Source of the DNA: Mobula birostris
Taxonomy: Eukaryota
NCBI RefSeq assembly: GCF_030028105.1
Contig: NC_092380.1
Location: 70,429,717 to 70,493,716 of the forward strand
Reading direction: 5' to 3'
Length of the DNA: 64,000 nucleotides
In this document: piece after piece, positions 12,380 to 25,020 of the stretch
Position numbering within the stretch: position 1 is the stretch's first letter
Layout: each line of letters starts with the position of its first letter
Made by a program: the position numbers and the translations under genes
Notes under the pieces: model-generated
The model's input: the letters and a program-made list of their open reading frames with translations, nothing else
Told to the model about the DNA's origin: nothing
Database searches by the model: none

Positions 12380-12845
12380 TCTCTGATGGGAATGTTTGGA
12401 CTCAGCAGTAGGAGACGGATAAGTTAAGTAAATGAGTGAAAACAAGGGAAATGATGTTTAATGTGGGCACTTGTGAAATCATGCACTTTGACAAGAGGAA
12501 TCAAAAGGAAGGCTCTGATTTAAATAGAGATTGTTTATAACTGGGGGAGTATAGAGGGATCCAGGTGTTCCTGAGCACAAACAGCATGAAGTTAGCAGGC
12601 GGGTGCAACAAGAAGTGAGAAAGGCAAGTGGCATATCGGCCTTTGTTACCAAGAAGTTTAGAAACACAGACTATTATGACAGAATATAAAGAATTGGTGA
12701 GGCTACACCTGGAAGACTGAAAAAAGACTTCCTAGCATTGGAGGTAGCCCAGAAGAGATTGACTATGTGAATATCTGGAATGAAAGGGTTTCTTATTACA
12801 AATGGTTAAAGCAGTTCAATCTTTATTCTTTGGAGTGCAAAAGAA
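12380..12845 (+). mobile_element. Old CR1 RT fragment
   Basis: Degenerate match to the FNVxxCEIMHF...VRLHLE region. Confidence 0.6.
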
Positions 12846-13122
12846 TATGGCGCGGCACAAAACTCAGAAAGCACAAAATCAGAAGGCAGTAAGTCATCCT
12901 TGACCCCAAGGCACTGCTTATGAAGTAACAAAGTAAAAGTAATTATTGATTATTGTGTCTGAATTTAAAATACAAAATGATGTGTCCACAATTAATGTAT
13001 ACATTCCAATATTCACCAGCAACTTTAATGTGTGTTCCAATATTTCAGATAGGTTTACCTAATTTAATTAGTGTTTAATTATCAGAATACTAGTGACTTT
13101 TGTTTAAATCACTAAGATGGCA

Positions 13123-13163
13123 TCAGTAACCCGTTAATAGTTCATTCAAAACCGAATTGAAAA
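13123..13163 (-). CDS. Candidate proximal terminal exon (VFNSVLNELLTGY*)
   Basis: Branch and acceptor gattaacattttcatcacag|TT, phase 1, about 230 nt after the TM exon donor. No independent support. Confidence 0.35.
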
Positions 13164-13391
13164 CTGTGATGAAAATGTTAATCCGTGAGAATCATAATAA
13201 GACTAGTGGATGATATTGCAGAAGAGAGAAAAAAAGTCTTCTAATTCTGATTAAATTTTAAGAAATTATTATAATTTCAACTTTGAGTTAAGCTCCAGAT
13301 AACAAATAGATTTTAATAAATTATCAACAGATAATTAAGCATTTTATTTTTCATACTCCAGTCAACCTTTATAAACCGAGAAAAGCGTTAC

Positions 13392-13493
13392 CTTTAGATA
13401 TTTTCTTCCAGATACAAATTCCAAAACCCAGAACAGAAAGTAGTATGATAATGCCAAAGATAATTCCAGCAATCAGCTTACTTTGTTCTTGTT
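13392..13493 (-). CDS. Transmembrane exon of the B7-H6-like gene (EQEQSKLIAGIIFGIIILLSVLGFGICIWKKISK)
   Basis: Acceptor cttgttttaacag|, donor AAAG|gtaacg; 102 nt, phase 1-1; hydrophobic helix followed by basic stop-transfer residues. Confidence 0.85.
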
Positions 13494-13982
13494 CTGTTAA
13501 AACAAGCATGTTTTTGAAAACTTGAAAAATGAATAAACTATGTAATTTACAATATTCATGAGAATGTGAACTTATTTGACTTATCAGTTTGATATATCCC
13601 CTGCATGAATTAGTGGTACAAATTATATGCATTATATTTATTTTCAAGATGTGAAATAGCTGAAGATTGACACCTTTATGAATGAATGTTACATGTGTAT
13701 TTGGGCTAATTCTAATTGTCTCTGTACTACATTTTTATCAGCTGAAGCATATACCTAAAAATATTTCTATCTCTTTGGATTTTTCAATTAGAGGCAAATT
13801 AGAATCAATCTCAAATTACTCATTTTCACATCTTCTGTATAAACAGTGTGATTGCTGGTTGAGCTGATAATAATATTTGCTCCACGGTCAATCTGCATAT
13901 CTGAGGATTATCAGGGAAGCTTGAATATTGCGGGGCAACATATTAGAAATAAATTCTGTATACTTTTCCAATTGGATCTTAC

Positions 13983-14279
13983 CTTTAGCCATGTTGCTTG
14001 CCAGTGTAAAATTTCCATGGAACTCTTTGTGCTTCACTGTACAGATGTACTTGGCAGAACTACTCGCCATCGGTTCTACTCTTACTTTAGTGATAAGACT
14101 AAATGTCCCACTTTGGTCCATAACGATATCATCAATAGACTGATCTTTTGAAATATCTTCCACTTTTTCATCTAGTACTTTTAACCATCTGACTGTAATT
14201 TCCTTTGGATAAAATTCCTTCACTTCACATATTGCAAAGTTCTCCTCTTTTTGCATAAATACGTTGACTTTTGGTTTGA
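13983..14279 (-). CDS. Ig C1-set domain exon of the B7-H6-like gene
   Basis: CEVKEFYPKEITVRW...GTFSLITKV...YICTVKH. Acceptor ctcttccacag|, donor AAAG|gtaaga; 297 nt, phase 1-1. Confidence 0.92.
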
Positions 14280-15099
14280 CTGTGGAAGAGAGAACAGAAT
14301 AAGTTCATGATTAATATATATTATCAAGTACTCTAGTTAGAGCTTACTGACATCAGCAATGAGGGACCAGAAAACTATATTCTATGCATTCAGGCTTTAA
14401 GCTGTTGTTCTTTTTGTTTATTTACATATTTCTTACTTTTTTTTACTTTAACTGTTAAAAATGCGGTGGAGTGTCTACGTCATTTAATTATCATTCAACC
14501 ATACATGAGTACCCATGAAAACAGCAAAATGAAACAGTATTCCTCTGGGATCAAGGCACAAAACACAATACAAACAGTCATGCACAACACAATGCTCATA
14601 TTGCACATATGGATAGCAGTAAACATACAGTCACACAAAAATATATATAGAGAGAGCTCACGTCCCTGAGTGACATGTTCTATAAATAGTGTTGCTGGTA
14701 CGGACAGGCAGTTCTCAGCAGTCCAAGGATGGGAGGGGCCAATCCCCAAATACAACAATACAATCGTTATAGAGAAAGGTATTAATTAAAAAGAATGAAC
14801 ATGCATTTATGTAGACGCTCTAACGCACTGCAATTTCCCAAGGAATTCTGAATTGAAATTATTCACTATTGGAAAGCATTCTGATGATTGCACACTTAGA
14901 TCTACCTTAAGTATGCAAAAAAGAGAGGGCCTGACATTATTGAACGGAATTGAATTGAATTGACTTTTTTTTCTTACATCCTTCACATGAGTAAAAATCT
15001 TTACGTTACGTCTCCGTCTGAATGTACTATGTGCAATCATATTAATTTATAATAATTTATAATAAATAGAACAGTCAATGTAACATAGATATACACTCA

Positions 15100-15440
15100 G
15101 ATCAGTGTGAGTTAATCAGCCTGATGGCCTGGTGGAAGAAGCTGTCTCGGAGCCTGTTGGTCCTGGCTTTTGTGCTCTGGTACCATTTCCTGGATAATAG
15201 CAGCTGGAATAGATTGTGGTTGGGGTGACTCGGGTCCCCAATGATCCTTTTGGCCCTTTTTTCACATCTGTCTTTGTAAGTGTCCTGAATCATGGCAAGT
15301 TCACAACTACAGATGTGCTGGGCTGTCCACACCATTCTTTGCAGAATCCTGTGATTAAGAGAGATACAATTCCCATACCAGGCAGTGATGCAGCCAGTCA
15401 GGATGCTCTCAAATGTGCCCTTATAGAAAGTTCTTAGGAT
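15100..15440 (-). mobile_element. Rex1/Babar LINE 3' fragment
   Basis: ESILTGCITAWYGNC...DPSHPNHNLF...RLRDSFFHQAIRLINS. Confidence 0.8.
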
Positions 15441-15630
15441 CTGTGGGCCCATACCAAACTTCCTCAATTGTTGCATGTCAGTGTGAAAAGGTGATTCAAT
15501 TCTAAAGTTACAAAATTGGAATTCCACTCATTAGCCAAAGCTCACATTTGAACAGATCTAACTGGCCCATGACCTCCAGAACAAGCACCAGATATGAAGC
15601 CTTCAGTGTGTGTCATTGCAGAAAGCCATC

Positions 15631-15636
15631 TTTATT
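15631..15636 (-). terminator. Candidate poly(A) signal for the V-only isoform
   Basis: Minus-strand AATAAA about 270 nt downstream of the TGA at 15903-15905. Confidence 0.45.
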
Positions 15637-15902
15637 TGAGTTGCCACAGTAGGTAAAAGGCTGGCTCCAAGGCCAGATAGTTGTGACACACAATCCAAGC
15701 ACATGCAATCACCATAAAAATATAACGTATGTGCTTCACGTGAAGCATGATGGAGTGGGTCAGTGGCCTACTGGACTAAAACATCCATCACTTGAACTGT
15801 TCTACAAGATATGACTGGGTGTCAAAATTAGTGATGGTCTACTGCACACTACACAAGATTGTTACTTTTTAGAGCCAAACTTTATCAAATGCAACATAAC
15901 AA

Positions 15903-16003
15903 TCAGTTGAGGGAGAAGAACAAGAAGATCAAAGGAATGACAAGAAGGAAGAGGAGAAAGAAGAAAAGAGCAACACAGACAGGAATCCCTTTCCTTGGGA
16001 TGC
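15903..16003 (-). CDS. Candidate alternative terminal exon after IgV: hydrophobic tailless anchor (GIPRKGIPVCVALFFFLLFLLVIPLIFLFFSLN*)
   Basis: Branch-like ctgat and acceptor tcattctgcacag|GC, phase 1, in frame with the IgV donor across a 171-nt intron. Confidence 0.6.
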
Positions 16004-16174
16004 CTGTGCAGAATGAATCTGACTGATATCAGTAATTGTAACTCTTATTCCCTATTCACAGACACTTCTGGTAGCAGGCAACATGGGATCTGGTTGTTTA
16101 CGTTGCAAAGTCATCAGCAAATAAACATGACTAATAATGTTATTAATGAGCAAAGTGAAAGATCCTTTTCTTAC

Positions 16175-16513
16175 CTGAAACAAGCATCTTTGAAGTCTTT
16201 TCACCTTTATTTGGGGTTAGGTAAACAGTGCAGGTATAATTTCCTTCTTCATTAAGTTGTACTTTCGGGAGGTAAAGTGAAGCATTTCCATTCTGTAATG
16301 CATCTTCAAAAATCTGTGCACCTCTTCTGTTGGGTTGATGAATCCCTCCATTAAATATATACAGTTCCTTCTGAGATGTTTGAGATTTATAAGACCATTG
16401 AACAGCTACATGTCTGAGATCATGTTCTGGTTTACTGTATATGCATTTTAGAAGAACATCTTCATTTACTGAAACTTCCAGTGGAGAGGAAAATATCTCC
16501 AATTTCAAACCAC
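16175..16513 (-). CDS. NCR3LG1: Ig V-set domain exon; NCR3LG1/B7-H6-like (family-level call)
   Basis: LKC...VQW...GNASLYLPKVQLNEEGNYTCTVYLTPNKG parallels human B7-H6 [28 protein letters not shown] (recalled, not aligned computationally). Acceptor ttattttaaag|, donor TCAG|gtaaga; 339 nt, phase 1-1. Orthology versus a tapasin-like or other B7 paralog is not proven. Confidence 0.8.
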
Positions 16514-17054
16514 CTTTAAAATAAGTTAAAGTAGTAAGTCATTGATTAGCTTTAATATCACAAATAGACAGAAGAATATATGATGAATGCTTAATCCATT
16601 TGTTGTTCAAACATGGTAGATTTGTCTGGATAGTGAAATTACGAAGGTTCAGGACAAGGCAGCTAACTAGTTACAAAATTGGTTGGGTGGAAGAAGTCAG
16701 AGGTCGCCAGTGGAGACTAACAAACAATCTGCAGAAAGAACTCAGAGGATCGAGCAGTATCTGTGGTAGAAAAGGAACTGTCAACATCTTGGGTCTAAGC
16801 CCTATATCAGGAGGGATGTTGTGGATGGCTGTGTTTCAGAATGGAGGCCTCTGACCAGTGTGAATGAAATCCAATCACCCTCTGATTTTCTTTCTGCTGT
16901 TCTGCATCGGCAGATATTGAAAAGGGACTATGGCTGAGCAGTAGGAGGAATTGTAATAAAAATATTCTGCTTTCCTTATGTTACATAGGTGTTAGAACTT
17001 GTCAACGTGAAAAACTTTTACATTGTATAAAATACATGGAACTACCTTCAGGGC

Positions 17055-19350
17055 ATACACACAAAATGCTGGAGGAACTCAGCAGGCCAGGCAGCTTCTA
17101 TGGAAAAAAGTACAAATGACGTTTCAGGCTGAGACCCTTCGGCAAGACTGGAGAAAAAAATCTGAAGAGTGGATTCAAAACGTCAGGGAGGGGAGAGAGA
17201 CACACAAGGTGACAGGTGAAACCTGAAGGGGGAGGGATGAAGTAAAGAGCTGGGAAGTTGACTGGTGAAAGAGATACTACAGGTTTAGAGAAGGGGGAGT
17301 CCGATAGAAGAGGAGAGAAGGCCATGGAAGAAAGAAGAGGGGGGTTTAGCACCAGAGGGAGGCAATGGGCAGGGGAGTAGATAAGGTGAGAGAGGGAAAA
17401 GGGGATGGGGAAAGGTGAAGGGGGGAGGCATTACTGGAAGTTCGAGAAATCAATGTTCATGCCATTATCCAAACAGAATAAACAGCTTACTCGCTGTTGT
17501 TCCTCCAACCTAAGTGTGGCTTCATCAGGATAGTCGGGAAAGCTATGGATGGACATATTGGAATGGGAATGGGAAGTGGAATTAAATTGGGTGGCCACTG
17601 AGAGATGCTGCTTTTTCTGGCGGATGGAGTGTAAGTGCTCGGTGAAGCGGACTCCCAATGTACATCGGATCTCACCGATATACATGAGGCCACACCAGGA
17701 GCACCAGACACTGTATATGACCCCAACAGACTCACAGGTGAAGTCTCGCCTCCCCTGGAAGGACTGATTGAGGCCCTGAATGGTAGTGAGGGAAGAGGTG
17801 TAGGTGCAGGTGTAGCACTTGTTCTGCTTGCAAGGATAAGTGCCAGGAGGGAGATCAGTGGGGAGGGACTTTTCCTACACTACATCGATGACTGCATTTG
17901 TGCTGATTCCTGCACCCATGCTGAACTTGTCGACTTCATTCATTTTGCCTCCAATTTCCACCCCGCCCTGAAATTTACCTGGTCCATTTTTGATACCTCA
18001 CTCCTCTTTCTTCATCTCTCCTGTCTCTGTCTCTGGAGACAGCTTATCTACTCATGTCTATTACAAACCCATGGACTCTCACAGCTACCTGGACTATACC
18101 TCCTCCCATCCTGTTACTTGTAAAAACACCTTCCCCTTCTCTCAATTCCTCCGTCTCTGCCACATCTGCTCTCAGGATGAGGCTTTTCATTCCAGAATGT
18201 AGGAGATGTCCTCCTTCTTCAAAGAAAGGGTCTTCCCTTCCTCCACCATCAATGCTACCCACAACCGCATATCCTCCATTTCATGCACATCTGCTGTCAC
18301 CCCTTCCTGCTGCCACTGTACCAGAGATAGGGTTCCTTTTGTCCTCACCTACCACCCCACCAGTCTCCGTATCCAGAACATAATACCCCATAACTTCCAC
18401 CATCTCCAATGGGATCCCACCACCAAAAACATCTTTCTGCCCCCCACTTTCTGCTTTCCACAGGGGTCATTCCCAAAGCGACTCCTTTGCCCATTCGTCC
18501 CTCTCTATTGATCTTCCTTCTGGTAATTATCCTTGCAAGTAGAGCAAGTGCTACACCTGCCCCTACACCTCTTCCCTCATTACCATTCAGGGCCTCAATC
18601 AGTCCTTCCAGTGAAGGTGACACTTCATCTGTGAGTCTGTTGGGGTCGTATACTGTGTATGGTGCTCCCAGTGTGGCCTCCTGTATATTGGTGAGACCCA
18701 ACGTAGATTGGGAGGGTTTCACCGAGCAACTACGGTCTGTCCGCCAGAAGAAGTGGGATCTCCCGGTCGCCAACCGTTTTAATACCACGACCCATTCCCA
18801 TTCCGATATGTCCATCTATGGCCACCTCCACTGTCGTCATGACGCCACATTTAGGTTGGAGGAACAACACCCTATATTCCGTTTGGGTAACCTCTAACCT
18901 GATGGCAGAAACTTCGATTTCTCAAACTTCCAGTAATTCCCCCCCTTCACCTTTCCCCATCCCCTTTTCCCTCTCTCACCTTATCTCCTCTCCCGCCCAT
19001 TGTCTCCCTGTGGTGCTCCTCCTTCCTCTTCTTTCTTCCATGGCCTTCTGTTCTGTTCTATAAGACTCCCCCTTCTTCAGCCCTGTATCTCTTTCAACAA
19101 TCAACTTCCCAGCTCTTTTCTTCATCCCTCCCCCTTCAGGTTTCACCTATCACCTTGTGTGTCTCTCTCCCCTCCCCGATGTTTTAAATCCAGTCCTCAG
19201 CTTTTCTTCTCCAGTCCTGCCGAAGTGTCTCATCCCAAAACATCGACTGTACTTTTTTCCATAGATGCTGCCTGGCCTAATGTATTCCTCCAGCATTTTG
19301 TGTGTGTTGCTCGGAGTTCCAGCATCTGCAGATTTCCTCTTGTTTGCGAT
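17055..19350. mobile_element. Penelope-like element with inverted duplicated 3' end (about 2.3-kb imperfect inverted repeat)
   Basis: Right arm (+): FLHYIDD, YKPMDSHSYLDYTSSHP and GIY-YIG (YIGET...LEEQHPIFRLG). The left arm (-) carries the same GIY-YIG and terminal repeat; junction near 17870. Confidence 0.85.
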
Positions 19351-19439
19351 TGGATTCCTTCAGGGTATTATTATTCTATGGATAGGTTGGTAGGACTGTC
19401 CTTTCAGAACAGTGGAGTCAAAGGGCCATAGAGATATAC

Positions 19440-20350
19440 ATCAGAGGGCAAAAGCCTCTTGCACGTGATGAACAAGGTGTCCTCCTGAGTTAGTCCCTTT
19501 TTTCCGCATTTAGTCCACATCCCTCTCAGCCTTTCCTATCCATGAGCCTATCCAAATGTCTTTTAAACATTGTAATTGTACCCTCGAGCAGCTTGACTCG
19601 TATACCGACAACCCTTTGTGTGAAAAACTTGCAGCTCAGTTCCCTATTAATTTTTCCTCCTCTAAACGTAAACCTATGCTCTGTAGTTTTAGACTCCCCT
19701 AACCAGGGCAATGGGTTTATCCATGCCCCTTGAGCTATAAAGTCACAATTCAGACTCCTTCACTCCAGGGAAAACAGTTCCAGCTTCTACAGCTTCTCCT
19801 CATGAATTGCCTCCAGGCCTAGCAATATCTTTGCAAGTTCTTTTGGTGCTGTTTTTGCTTATCATATACCTGCTGTAGTGTGGCAACCAAATGGCACACA
19901 AGTCCCAGGAGCAGTCTCACTAATATTTTGTAAAGCTGCAACAGGGCATCAGAACTCTCGTACTCAATACCCCATGTGCTGAAGTAAGGCATGCCCAATG
20001 CCTTCTTTGTCATATAGTACACAGTACCTGTGTCACCATTTTCAGGAAACTGCTATATGTACTCGTACCTCTAGGCCTCTCTATTCCACAACAAGCCTCA
20101 GGTCCCTGTCGTTCACTGTTCATGTACTGCACTGATTTACCTTTTCAAAATGCATTACCTCAGACTTCAAGTATAAAACATGAAACATACTGTAGAACAC
20201 CACAGCACAGTACAGGCCCTTCATCCTACAATGTTGTACCAATCTTGTAAGCTTTTCTAAGATCAATCTAACCCTTCCCTCCTACATAGCTCTTCATTTT
20301 CTAGTCATCCATGTGCTTACCTAAGGGTTTCTTAAATTGCCTTAATGTAC
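19440..20350 (-). mobile_element. Decayed CR1 3' fragments
   Basis: Translates to FFTQRVVGI...FKRHLDR and YKILVRL; CR1-type tails. Confidence 0.6.
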
Positions 20351-20669
20351 TTGATTCTACCACTGTTATGTTTTGTGATTCCAAACAACGCAGAGATTTT
20401 TACTCCCTCACACTGCGGGATGGATTTAAGACTGAAACAAACAAATAAATAAACATAAAACTAATAGAAAGACAAGCAAGGGTACTTGAGAGATGTGTGT
20501 AAACTTTATCAAGTTAAATTCCACCTGCCTTTCCTTTGCTCATTTTGCTAGTTGGTTAAGTTCCTGAGGTAATCTTAGACAAGCTTCATGACTGTCTACC
20601 ACATTGATTTTGGTGTCGCCCACAAACTTACTACTCGTGCCACCTACCTCCTCATCTAAATCATTAATA

Positions 20670-21226
20670 TACACCCAGTGGCCACTTTACCAGGTATCTC
20701 CTGTACCTAATAAAGTGGCCACTGAGTGTATGTTCATGGTCTTCTGCTGCTGTAGCCTATCCTCTTCAAGGTTTGACGTGTTGTGCATGCAGAGATAACT
20801 TTCTGCACACACTATTGTAATGTGTGATTATCTGAGTTACTGTCACCTTCCTGTCAGCTTGAACCTGTCTGGACATTCTCCTGTGACCTCGCTCATTATC
20901 AAGGAGTTCCCACCCACACAGATACCACTCACTGGATGATTTTTTTGATTTCGTACCACTCTCTGTAAAGTTTAGAAACTGCTGTGCCAGAAAATCAGGG
21001 ACGATCAGCAGTCTCTGAGATACTCAAACCACCCCATCTGGCATGAATAATTACTCCACTGCCAAAGTCATTTAGGTCACATTTCTTCCCCATTTTAATA
21101 TTTGGTCTGAACAACAACTGAGCACTTTGACTATGTCTGCATGCTTTTATGCATTGAGCTGCTGCCATGTGATTGCATTAGAGAGCAGGTGTACAGGTCT
21201 ACCTAATAAAATGACAACTAAGTGTA
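20670..21226. mobile_element. Tc1/mariner-type MITE
   Basis: TIR-like cacccagtggccacttta / taataaagtggccactgagtgta and a terminal acctaataaaatgacaactaagtgta. Confidence 0.5.
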
Positions 21227-22596
21227 TTCGACAAATAGCAGAGGACCCAGCCATCAATCTCTCAGCATACCACTGGTCATACCAACTTAAAGAAACCGAA
21301 ATGGAATGAGTTTTATCGATACTATTTAGAAATAATAAACTTACACTGTCCTACAAGCATCAATAACCCTGAACTTTTATTTAAAACGACACTTGTATCA
21401 GGATGAGGACTTCTCTCAGGTGAAAATTCCACAGCTCCAATTTATGGTTAACTTGCAGAATGCCACATTTCTTCACTCTCATTCCAGTACCAAACCTCAT
21501 CATGCTGGTAAACTACAAGCACCAAGGTCACAATATTTGCTGTCGTAACTCATGAAGTCAGATGCTTTGACATTGACAATTGCAGCACTGAGTAAGACAC
21601 GTCAGGCAAGAGATGGGCAATTTGAACAAGGCCATGAATAATCTTTTATCTGAAAGCATGAAAAGGAAGAGGAAAATTGGCTTATGTGCATCCAGAAAAC
21701 TTGCCACTGATTTGGAACAGTTTTCTTGGGGAAGTCAGGGTTTTACCGATGAAGATCATTTCAGTTCCATGCAATTTGATTACACACTGAAAATCTATCT
21801 ATCGTTTACTTACTCAAGACACCAAGAAATATTTATCATTGTCTAATCCTCAACCATTTAAGTGCTACAGAGTTTAAAAAATCAGTAAGAAAAGTTAGTG
21901 ACATTATTACAGTACACATTAAAAGGTAACTTTATGATTATGCATAATTAAGCAATACTTTTATTTTTGTAATTATTAAAGGAATAAAGGGAAATGTACA
22001 GAGAAAATATACATTCATTTTTGTGCATACGTTCATGTATGCATAGATTTAAGTACCTGAAATTGTAAGTTAAGTAATACTGAACTAATGACTGGAATTG
22101 TAAGCAACACAACTGGCATAGAGATCAAATTCCACCATTTGTGTAATTTTCTTATGTATAGCTTACAGATCGTGAATTTGGCAACAATACAGTATGGATT
22201 TGTTGATATAGTACAAGATATATTTCCCTGAAATTGTATACATAGTGTGGTATAACGAAGAGGAAGGAGATTGAGAAAGCATAAACTAGCTCTCTTGCAT
22301 GTAACGTCTATATTTTGATGAGATTTTCAAAATGAATATCCTTAAACCTTATAGTTTAATGGTGCCTTGAAATTGTTGGAAACTTTTTTTACTAGTTTTT
22401 AATTAATAATATCTGAAGTTTTTAAAATTTTGATAAATCACTCAGATCGATGCATGCTGTGGCAAAAGGCAGGTTTTACAAGTGTGTTGGAAAACCGGCC
22501 TAAAGGAAAACAGCAATTCATGATCCACATTTGATTGTCCAGGCTAACAATGTTTTTAACTTTGACCCAAGAGAATGCAAACCTCTGGTGTCTTAC

Positions 22597-22648
22597 CTGA
22601 ATATAAAATGGAAGACATCACAAGGGCGGACAGACTTAAGATTCCCAT
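22597..22648 (-). CDS. Proximal leader (signal peptide) exon (MGILSLSALVMSSILYS)
   Basis: ATG at 22648, 52 nt, donor TCAG|gtaaga in phase 1, compatible with the IgV acceptor. Confidence 0.75.
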
Positions 22649-22716
22649 TATTAAAACAGAAGATTTTCTTTCCTGTGCTGCCGGTTCTTGCAGATCTTTA
22701 GTTTCAAAAAGTTCTT

Positions 22717-22728
22717 AGTTTCACTTTC
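22717..22728. promoter_or_regulatory. ISRE/IRF-binding element upstream of the proximal leader
   Basis: AGTTTCACTTTC, a perfect AGTTTCNNTTTC match about 70 nt upstream of the ATG. Confidence 0.65.
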
Positions 22729-23049
22729 ATCATTTCTGCACCTTAGTTTGTGGACTATGGACTGAACCAATATAACAATAAAGTCTTTGTAGACTGAAAG
22801 ATATTTTATTCGTGGAGATATCAAATATGGTAAGGTTCTCCCGACTGATTTCTATCAGATTGTAAGTTTCTACACAACAATTCTTTAAATCACTGTCTAG
22901 AGATATTTCTGGAAGGAACGCCCACATTCCTCAAAACAGCTGAACTTTCTCTGCCTCAGTTTGGTAGATACGGATTCACTTATTAACACTGAAAGAAAAC
23001 ATGTTCAGGCAGGGCAGGCGACAGTGAATATTGAGAATTGCCCTTTCTT

Positions 23050-23860
23050 TTTGCTGATGATCACATGCACTGACATTCACCAATTTAAGCAGTATACAAG
23101 TTTGCTGGTCACATCACTGCCAAATCAAAAGTGGTGATGAATTGGCACATAGGAAGGGGATTGAAAATCTGGCTTTATAGTACCACAACAACCTTCTCTC
23201 CCAACATCAGCAAAACCAAAGGGTTGATTATTAACTACAGGAGGAAGAAATTGGAAGTCCATATTCCAGTTCTCATTAGGAGATCAAAGGTAGAGAGGTC
23301 AGTAACTTTAAATTTCTGGGTGATACCATATCAGAGGATCTGCTCTGGGACCACCACCTAAGTACCATTGCAAAGAAGGCATGATGGTGCCTCTGGTTTC
23401 GTAGAAATTTGCTCAGATTCAGCATGTCATCGAAAACTTCAACAAACATCTATAGGTGTACAGTGAAGAATACCCTAGCTGGTTGCATGAAGGCCTGGAA
23501 TGGAATCACACAAGCCCAATTACAGAAAAGTGTACAAAAATCAGTAGAATCAGCCCAGTCCATCACAGGCAAATCTCTCCCTACCACTGAGTGCATCTAC
23601 AAGGATCACTGCCATGATAAAACAGTATCCATTATCAAGGACCTCCACCAGTCAAACTATGTTCTCTTCTCGTGGCTGCCATCGGGAAGGAGGTACAGGA
23701 GCTCAGGTCCCACTCTACCAGGTTATTACCCTTTAGCCATCAGGCTCCTGATCTAGTGTGAATAACCTCAACACTATACTGATGTCACAACCAATGGACA
23801 CATTTTCAAGGACTCATGTTCACAGTATTACTTATACACCCATTTATTATTATTATTATT
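23050..23860 (+). mobile_element. Rex1/Babar LINE 3' fragment with (att)n tail
   Basis: YRCTVKNTLAGC...LPSGRRYRS...AIRLL, ending in attattatt. Confidence 0.7.
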
Positions 23861-23861
23861 A

Positions 23862-25020
23862 CGTGTGCTTGCCCCCACCCTGTTCGGCATCTTCTTTGCA
23901 GTCATGCTGAAGCACGCCTTTGGAACATCAACTGATGGTGTCTACCTCCACACCAGATCGGACGGGAGGCTGTTCAGTCTGTCCCGGCTGAGGGCGAAAA
24001 CTAAGGTTCATGAAGTACTCATCAGGGACATGCTGTGTGTAGACGACACGGCACTGGCAACACACTCTGAAGAGCAACTGCAATGCCTCATGGACAGCTT
24101 CTCAAGAGCCTGCCAGGACTTCAGCTTGACCATCAGCCTGAAAAAGACCAACGTGTTGGGCCAAGGTGTTGAGCGCCACCCCCTGCCATTATCATCAACA
24201 ACTACGAGCTGGAGGTAGTTCTCAAGCTTACATACCTTGGCTCCACCATCACGGACAGTCTCTCCCTAGACCTCGAAATCAACAGATGGAACGGACGAGC
24301 AGCCTCAACATTCGCCAGGCTGACAAAGAGAGTCTGGGAGAACAGAAAGCTGATGACGCACACCAAGGTTGCAGTCTTCAGGGCCTGCGTTCCCAGCACA
24401 TTGCTTTACGGCAGCGAGACCTGGAGCCTCTACTCCAGACAAGAACGGCCTTACACCTTCGCAGCCTGAGACGAATCCTAGACATCAAGTGGGTTGATCA
24501 AGTCGCTAACAATGAGGTCCTGGCCCATGCCCAGATACCCAGCCTCTTCACCCTGCTCCAACAACGCCGTCTCCGCTGTCTGGGCCACGTAATTGCAAGT
24601 CAGATGGGAGGATCCCGAAAGATCTGCTGTACGGGGAACTGACCTCCGGCAAGAGAGCACAAGGGCGGCCCCATCTTTGTTTCAAAGATGTCTGCAAGAG
24701 AGACATGAAGTCACTGAACATGAATGTTGAGAGGTGGGAGGACATTGCAAGCGATTGCTCTCGCTGGAGGCTGGAACTACGCAGAGGTCCAAAAAGAGAA
24801 GAGAAGCTGAGGCTTGCTGCTGAAGAAAAGTGCACTGGCTGAAAAATCAGCACCAAGACAACACTGGAGGACAGCGCCTTCAAGTGCAGTCGCTGCAGCC
24901 GAGACTGTCACTCCCGTGTGGGCCTCTACAGCCACAACAGACGCTGCTCTAACACAGACTGAAGCAAGACTTTCCAGGCACAGAACCATGGTCTCGCAAG
25001 ACTAACGGACGCCACCAATA
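23862..25020 (+). mobile_element. RTE (BovB-like) LINE, 5'-truncated
   Basis: VLAPTLFGIFF, RSDGRLF, ISLKKTNV, QRRLRCLGHV and LYGEL motifs across frameshifts. Confidence 0.85.

Noticed and set aside
12918-12958. Acceptor followed by DTIINNYFYFVTS*
   Set aside because: Such acceptors are common in AT-rich introns; no conservation or donor support.
22730-22927. 65-aa ORF upstream of the proximal leader
   Set aside because: No homology or splice link; it overlaps the presumed promoter.
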